This document shows, piece after piece, positions 17,374-22,313 of a DNA stretch of 22,313 nucleotides. The stretch covers positions 1 through 22,313 of the forward strand of contig JBDHHQ010000075.1 of the NCBI GenBank assembly GCA_039589315.1, read 5' to 3'. A program made the translations under genes and the position numbers. This stretch comes from Gemmatimonadota bacterium. GTDB lineage: Bacteria; Gemmatimonadota; Gemmatimonadetes; Longimicrobiales; Gaopeijiaceae. The notes beneath the pieces are model-generated. The model was not told the DNA's origin and ran no database searches. It saw only the letters and a program-made list of their open reading frames with translations. Numbering within the stretch: the first letter of the stretch is position 1; the number at the start of each line of letters is the position of its first letter.

Positions 17374-17859
17374 ATGAAGAAGTGGCTGAGACGCATCCGG
17401 GGTGCAATCGGGATGGGCCTGACCTGGGCAGTCGCATGGTTCGGCGCGGGTCTCATGCTCCTGCTGGTAGTCGGTCTTGACGCCGCCGCCGTCCCGCTTC
17501 CCCTCGGTTTTGGGTTCTTCGGCTTTCTTGCTGGCGCCACGTTCTCGGGGGTGCCCGGGATTGTCGAGGGCCGTCGCAGGTTCGATCAGATGTCGCTTCC
17601 GCGCTTTGCCGCGTGGGGGGCCGTTGGGGTTCTCTTGCTGTCCGCGATCTTCGTCGGGGCCGCGGCCCTTGCAGGGGAGACACTGGAGATTGTGGTGTTG
17701 GGCCCCGTGTTCGCACTGGCGGGTGCGGGCTCCGCTGCTGGTTCGCTGGCACTGGCCAGAATGGCGTAGGAGCGAGAATCGCTCGACGCCAGTGCGGACG
17801 TGGCCGAGGTGGGGCTTACCAGCGGTGAGGCGCAGGAGCTGCTTGGAGGCAGGGGCTGA
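17374..17859 (+). pseudogene. Four-TM membrane protein with an apparent premature TAG at 17767-17769
   Basis: MKKWLRRIRGAIGMGLTWA...ALARMA* continues in frame as ERESLDASADVAEVGLTSGEAQELLGGRG*. Confidence 0.65.
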
Positions 17860-17933
17860 CCTCTCCAGGTGGATCCAGTCCGCAGCCTCGGAGAACGTTG
17901 CTCGGCCAGTTGTGTGCGGGTGGCCCGGGCAAT

Positions 17934-18110
17934 GCCCAACGGACTTGCGACCCTGCTGCGCGACCTAGCCGCCCACGGCGCGGCGACGTGAACACCGTAG
18001 GTGTGACCGGAGCAAGCGATCAAGGCTCATCGCTCCGAGGAGCACCGTGCCGAGGAGCCTTCTGAGCCGTTCCCGTCCACCGCGTCTGCAGCAATCCGCT
18101 TGTGTTGGAG
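17934..18110 (-). repeat. attC site, long family copy 4
   Basis: gcccaac-ggacttgcgaccctgctgcgcgacc...cgcgtctgcagcaatccgcttgt-gttggag; lies 20 bp after the TonB receptor stop. Confidence 0.85.
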
Positions 18111-18130
18111 CGCAGCTTGTCCTGCGAGCC

Positions 18131-20308
18131 TCAGAAGCTGATCCACACGCCGCCGTTGAAGGATCTTCCTTCCAGCGGTGCCCATACGTCGGTCGTCCAC
18201 CGACCATCCGGTGTTTGAGCGGGCCGGACCAGAGCGTCCCACCTGGTCTGCCGAGTGTCGAGGATGTTCTCCGCGTTCAGGAACAGCCGGAAGACACCGA
18301 AGCGGCGATCGACGAGGAATCCGAGAACGATGTGGGACTCGGAGGTCGACCGGTACGGGTCTTCATCCAGCGACTGGAGACCTGTGTAGTAAAGCTCCAC
18401 CCCGAACCGTCCCGTGGGCTGTTCATAGGCCCCGACGATCCCGACTGCGTGACGCGGCGTCAAGGGGACGTCCCGGCGGCCGGCCCCGGTGGGCATGGGC
18501 TCCGTGGATCGCAGATAGGTGTACGACGCTACGAGGTGGACCGATCCCTGGTGAAGCGCTGCGAACACTTCACTGCCCCAGGTACGCACCGGCTCTTCCG
18601 CGTTGCGAATCGAAAGAGTCCCATCGCCGGGCCGCAGGGTCTGCACCGGATCGTGGATCGCCGAGCCGAAGGCACTGAGGTTCACTTCCACTGGTCCCAC
18701 GTTGCGTCCCACGTCGATCATCGCGCTGCGGGCCCGCTCCTTCACCCACGGGTCCGTGGATACGAGGCGGGACAGCCCGACGGCTTCGGTTTCTTCGGTG
18801 AACGGCGTGGGCGCGAAATATCCGGCTCCCGCGGACACCCGCACGACCCATCCAGACCTGCGGCCGAGGACCGACACCCTGGGACTGAGCGCCCCCTCGT
18901 AGCGGCTGTGGTGATCGTAGCGCAGGCTCGCCGCGACGGTGAGTTGGTCCGACACCTCGAACTCGTCCTGCAGGAAGAGCGCCGGCACGGTGTAATCGTA
19001 TGACCAAACGGGCAAGTCGCGCGCTTCGTACCTGTCCTTCTGGAACGCCGTACCGATGAGCCACAGGTGCCGCCCGTCCTGTCCTTGTAGAACGAGCTCC
19101 GCGAATGCGGTGAGATGCTCGTCTCTCTCCCGGGTCGCGCCGAATCGGTGATCATGGCCCTGAACGGAAGCGGACGCCCGCGCCGATAGGCTGAGTCGAT
19201 CGGAGATCAGCTTCCGGCCGTTGAAGCCCCCGTCGAGGCGTCGGGTCTCGAGCGCCTCCCGGTAGGGTGTTCCCGCGGGAGTAACCCGTCCCGGCAGGGT
19301 GCCGCCGGTTCGGTCCTCGAGCATCGCTCCGATCGTCACATTGGCGGATCCTCCCTGCTGGTCGTTCCAGAACAGCCGGGGACGCAAGGCGAGTCTTCGG
19401 AAGCTGGGCACGTCCGCCCATCCGTCGCCGTCCACATCGGCATGGTCTTGCCGATGAGCGCTGGCCAGAAGTGTGTACCCCCACCGATCCGTCAGCTCGT
19501 CGGCCAACCATCCCACGGCGTCCGTCCCCCCAAGCGTGCTCAGGTTCAAGAGAACCTCCCGAGCTCGCTCCGGGCGACGCGAAATGAGATTGACGACCCC
19601 ACCGAGCGCGGTTGGCCCGTAGAGCGCCGAGGCGGCTCCCTTGATCACCTCCACCTGGGCCAGGTCCATAGGCGGCACCTGCAGCGGGCCGAGCGCACCC
19701 GCCTGACCGCCGTAGAGGGGCAGCCCATCCGAGAGGATCTGCGTGTAGCGACCGCGTAAGCCCTGGATCCTGACACTGGCGCCGCCCAGGGAGGGCGCGG
19801 TGGGCTGCACCCGCAGACCCGCGGTCTCATTGAGGAGCATCGCGATGTCACCGGGCGTCATGAGGAGCTTCTCTTCCACCTCCTCTCGGGACACGACTTC
19901 GACGCGGATCGGCTGGTCTTCGATGCGCCGCACCGTTCGCGCGGACGTCACCACGATGCCTTCGGTTTCCACCGCCTGCGCCGCCAGCCGGACCACGACC
20001 AGCGTGTCCGCAGGGGCGCTGAGAAGAAGGGTGACTCGGGAGGGCGCGTACCCGATCCCCTCCGTCTGAATCACATGCTCGCCGAGCGGAAGCCTGAACC
20101 GGGCGGTGCCGTCGGCGTCGGTAAGGCTGCTGGTCCCCGCGACCGTGACCCTGACTTCTTCCACGGGGCCGGCCGAGTCCTCCGCCCGAACCGTGACCGT
20201 CGCGATCTGGGCTTGGGATACGTTGGGGACGAGGCTGACAAAGAGGATTGCGAGAGCCGCTGGAAAGGCCCCCGAGATCGTCAGAGGGCGGTACCGCAAT
20301 GAGGGCAT
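18131..20308 (-). CDS. TonB-dependent outer-membrane receptor with N-terminal carboxypeptidase-regulatory-like domain
   Basis: Plug motifs RIQGLRGRYTQILSDGLP and VEVIKGAASALYGPTALGGVVNLIS, NAENILD, and C-terminal Phe. Confidence 0.93.
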   Translation of the reverse strand: MPSLRYRPLTISGAFPAALAILFVSLVPNVSQAQIATVTVRAEDSAGPVEEVRVTVAGTSSLTDADGTARFRLPLGEHVIQTEGIGYAPSRVTLLLSAPADTLVVVRLAAQAVETEGIVVTSARTVRRIEDQPIRVEVVSREEVEEKLLMTPGDIAMLLNETAGLRVQPTAPSLGGASVRIQGLRGRYTQILSDGLPLYGGQAGALGPLQVPPMDLAQVEVIKGAASALYGPTALGGVVNLISRRPERAREVLLNLSTLGGTDAVGWLADELTDRWGYTLLASAHRQDHADVDGDGWADVPSFRRLALRPRLFWNDQQGGSANVTIGAMLEDRTGGTLPGRVTPAGTPYREALETRRLDGGFNGRKLISDRLSLSARASASVQGHDHRFGATRERDEHLTAFAELVLQGQDGRHLWLIGTAFQKDRYEARDLPVWSYDYTVPALFLQDEFEVSDQLTVAASLRYDHHSRYEGALSPRVSVLGRRSGWVVRVSAGAGYFAPTPFTEETEAVGLSRLVSTDPWVKERARSAMIDVGRNVGPVEVNLSAFGSAIHDPVQTLRPGDGTLSIRNAEEPVRTWGSEVFAALHQGSVHLVASYTYLRSTEPMPTGAGRRDVPLTPRHAVGIVGAYEQPTGRFGVELYYTGLQSLDEDPYRSTSESHIVLGFLVDRRFGVFRLFLNAENILDTRQTRWDALVRPAQTPDGRWTTDVWAPLEGRSFNGGVWISF

Positions 20309-20529
20309 TCCAGGATGTTGTGGGCGGTTTGTGAGATCACTCGATCTGCCACGGACAGGAGGACGGAGACGCTTTCATCGGAATGCCGGTAGTAGGCAAA
20401 TCGCCGGTCGGGCTCTCGAGCGACGAGGCCGCAGCCCAGCATGCAGGCCAAATGATTCGATGTATTAGGCTGCGTCAGTCCCGTGCGGCGAGCGATCTCG
20501 GAAACCGTCAGCGGACCGCTCGAAAGATA
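20281..20529 (-). pseudogene. 5'-truncated ArsR/SmtB (CmtR/CadC-like) metalloregulator, not in the ORF track
   Basis: Start-less frame GPLTVSEIARRTGLTQPNTSNHLACMLGCGLVAREPDRRFAYYR...ILECPHCGTAL*; overlaps the TonB receptor start. Confidence 0.82.
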
Positions 20530-20578
20530 TCATAGGTCTATCGAAGTTCTCGGTCGATGGCGTGGTATGGGCGCACCT

Positions 20579-20621
20579 GCCCCGGGGCTGCGCCCTCTCG
20601 ACTTGCTTCCGCTTATAGATG
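20579..20621 (+). mobile_element. Right-end relic of a second IS1111-type element
   Basis: gccccggggctgcgccctctcgacttgcttccgcttatagaTG aligns with gccccgggagagctgcgtcctcttgacggggtccgctttataggTG (12220-12265). Confidence 0.72.
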
Positions 20622-20656
20622 CTGCGCGGCTGGCCCGGTAACAAGCGAAGCGTATC
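20620..20656 (-). repeat. attC remnant flanking the second IS end
   Basis: tgctgcgcggctggcccggtaacaagcgaagcgtatc is the L'-box continuation; same subtype as 12264-12297. Confidence 0.6.
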
Positions 20657-20966
20657 CCACAGCTAATCATGGAAACTGGATCTCGTCAGCCGCGTCGGGG
20701 CCTTCGTAGAATCTCGGGTTTTGCTACGTACAATGACTTACAATGGTGATGAAGCTATCGTGCGTCGGCGGTTGAGCTACCCAGAGATTTCCTCTGACCC
20801 AAGCCAAGTCAGCTCACCTCATCGTCGGTACTTCGTGGTGGCCATAGGAGGAGGACGAGGTGCGGCGGTCTGAGCGCGCGGGCAGGGCTACGTAGAGCGA
20901 CCCGACGATATCAGCGGAGCCCTCCGGCTGTCGTGAGTCGACGATTGAGCAACCAGGGAGCGCGAG

Positions 20967-22046
20967 ATGAAACCGTGCGTCCTTCTCGCCGCTCTGATCC
21001 TCGTTCCGCTCCAGAGCGCCGCAGCCCAAGCCCTGGACGTCGCCGTAGCCGGGTACGGCCTGAGCCTCGGCGACTCTAGCCGCCTCACCGGCATACGGAT
21101 CAACGTCATGGACCGGCGGGTCGAACGGGTCAACGGCCTCAATCTGGCCCTTTGGAATCCAAGCGAGAGTCCGGACGCTGAATACAATGGGATGATGTTG
21201 GGGATCATCGGCTCCAAGGCCCGGAAAGTCCATGGACTCGCCTTCGGCGGCATCGGCGTGAATGCCCGGGGGCGCCTGTTCGGAGTCGCCGCCGGCCAGG
21301 AGGATGAGGTCGCGGACGATGCCCCCCCTCTCGTGGGACTGGAGGGACAACTGTTCTTCTACGCACTCCTCGTCGTCATGCTGATCGTTCCGTTGATCAT
21401 GGCCCGGGGACCGTCGGACCGATCCCCACCCGTCGCCGGGAACGTTGCAGGTCCCGTTGAGGGTTCCCGCTTCAGCTCAGACCGGGAGCGCCGCCTTTGG
21501 CTTTGGACCCTGGTCGTCTTGGTGGCAATCTACTCCACGTTGAGCCCTGCTCAGGAGCTGGCTGTGGCACTGCGGGAGCGAAACCTGTTGGGGGTAACGA
21601 CCACCGCCATCCTGCTCCTCGTGGGGGTCGTCATTGCAGTGCATTGGACGAAGACGCGTCCGGGCCGGGCCGAAACCGGGGCCGCAGTCGGTGTAGTGGC
21701 CGTCTATCTCACGACGTTGATCCGGATGCCTGTTCCGGAAGCACGCTCCCACCTGTTCGAGTACGGCCTCGTGGCCATGCTCATCTACCACGCTCTCAGC
21801 GAGCGCCGCCGGAACGGTCGTCGGGTCCCGGTCCCAGCCCTGCTCGCCCTAGTAGCAACGGCCCTCTTGGGTTGGCTCGACGAAGGCATCCAAGCGTTCC
21901 TCCCCAACAGGGTCTACGACCTCGTGGATGTCGGGTTGAACGCCGCCTTCGCCACGATGGCGATCGCAGCGACCCTCGTCATAGGGTGGGCCCGAAGGTG
22001 GGACGTCATGACTCGCATACGGCGGCGGCTCACCGAACGATCGTGA
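20967..22046 (+). CDS. Apparent chimera: secreted Gly-rich surface-repeat (LA_2272-like) N-terminus fused to a VanZ-like membrane protein
   Basis: Signal peptide plus VNGLNLALW/NGMMLG/VHGLAFGG repeats, then SHLFEYGLVA...GWLDEGIQAFLPNRVYDLVDVGLN (VanZ-like). Confidence 0.75.
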   Translation: MKPCVLLAALILVPLQSAAAQALDVAVAGYGLSLGDSSRLTGIRINVMDRRVERVNGLNLALWNPSESPDAEYNGMMLGIIGSKARKVHGLAFGGIGVNARGRLFGVAAGQEDEVADDAPPLVGLEGQLFFYALLVVMLIVPLIMARGPSDRSPPVAGNVAGPVEGSRFSSDRERRLWLWTLVVLVAIYSTLSPAQELAVALRERNLLGVTTTAILLLVGVVIAVHWTKTRPGRAETGAAVGVVAVYLTTLIRMPVPEARSHLFEYGLVAMLIYHALSERRRNGRRVPVPALLALVATALLGWLDEGIQAFLPNRVYDLVDVGLNAAFATMAIAATLVIGWARRWDVMTRIRRRLTERS

Positions 22047-22055
22047 GAGGGGGCT

Positions 22056-22230
22056 TCCTAACGGACTTGTGATTCTACGGCGCGACCTACCTGCTGACGC
22101 GCGCAGCGACGTGAACACCCTCGGTGTGAACGGAGCAAGCGATCAAGGCTCATCGCTCCGTGGGAGCGCGGCGACGAGGAGCCTCCGAGCCGTTCCCGCC
22201 CACCGCGTCTGCAGCAATCGCTTGATACTC
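22056..22230 (-). repeat. attC site, long family copy 5 (R'' degenerate)
   Basis: tcctaac-ggacttgtgattctacggcgcgacc...cgcgtctgcagcaatcgctt-gatactc, with the shared centre. Confidence 0.85.
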
Positions 22231-22313
22231 ATGCAGGCCCCCTCCTGGACCTCTCAGCGAGAGGAAGGAAAGATCAGAGCGCCACTGCTCGATTCATCCA
22301 ACCCAGGAGGGGA

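Larger units (their letters stand above)
2895..22230 (-). mobile_element. Integron gene-cassette array (attC cluster; no intI in window)
   Basis: About 13 co-oriented attC-like sites alternate with mostly minus-strand ORFs that start shortly after an R' box and end near an R'' box. Confidence 0.88.

Noticed and set aside
18047..19003. 318-aa + strand ORF and similar long overlapping ORFs (e.g. 990-1733, 6165-6956, 14117-14809)
   Set aside because: Antisense or frame shadows of well-supported genes in high-GC DNA; Arg/Pro-rich with no motifs.
3755..22230. Repeats as a CRISPR array or tandem ncRNA/tRNA genes
   Set aside because: Units are 100-180 bp, separated by whole genes, and have attC R/L-box architecture. 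There are no cas genes or cloverleaf structures.
1..22313. Integron integrase, or group II intron/reverse transcriptase
   Set aside because: No ORF with tyrosine-recombinase R-H-R-Y or RT YADD motifs was seen.
22231..22313. 3' end of the next minus-strand cassette gene
   Set aside because: Expected from the array layout, but too short to choose a frame or product.

Overview
High-GC bacterial DNA; the gene families suggest Gemmatimonadota or Acidobacteriota (inference). Most of the window (~2.9-22.2 kb) is a decaying integron gene-cassette array oriented on the minus strand. About 13 complete, half or interrupted attC sites are recognisable, including a homogeneous long (~175 bp) attC family. 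No integron integrase is present in the window. Cargo includes a methyltransferase, lipoproteins, FG-GAP and PD40 beta-propellers, YqgE/AlgH, an arylsulfotransferase, a SnoaL protein, a TonB receptor with a truncated CmtR-like ArsR regulator, and a four-gene wHTH/uppS/DUF4153 operon with two palindromic operators. Many genes are truncated, internally deleted or chimeric. The most notable element is an internally deleted IS110-family (IS1111-type) IS inserted in an attC site. Its 3' non-coding region folds into a bridge/seek-RNA-like two-loop structure, and its target guides together spell the consensus of this array's attC L'-box region (TTCTGC-TG-CGCGACC). A second right-end relic of a related IS abuts another attC remnant.
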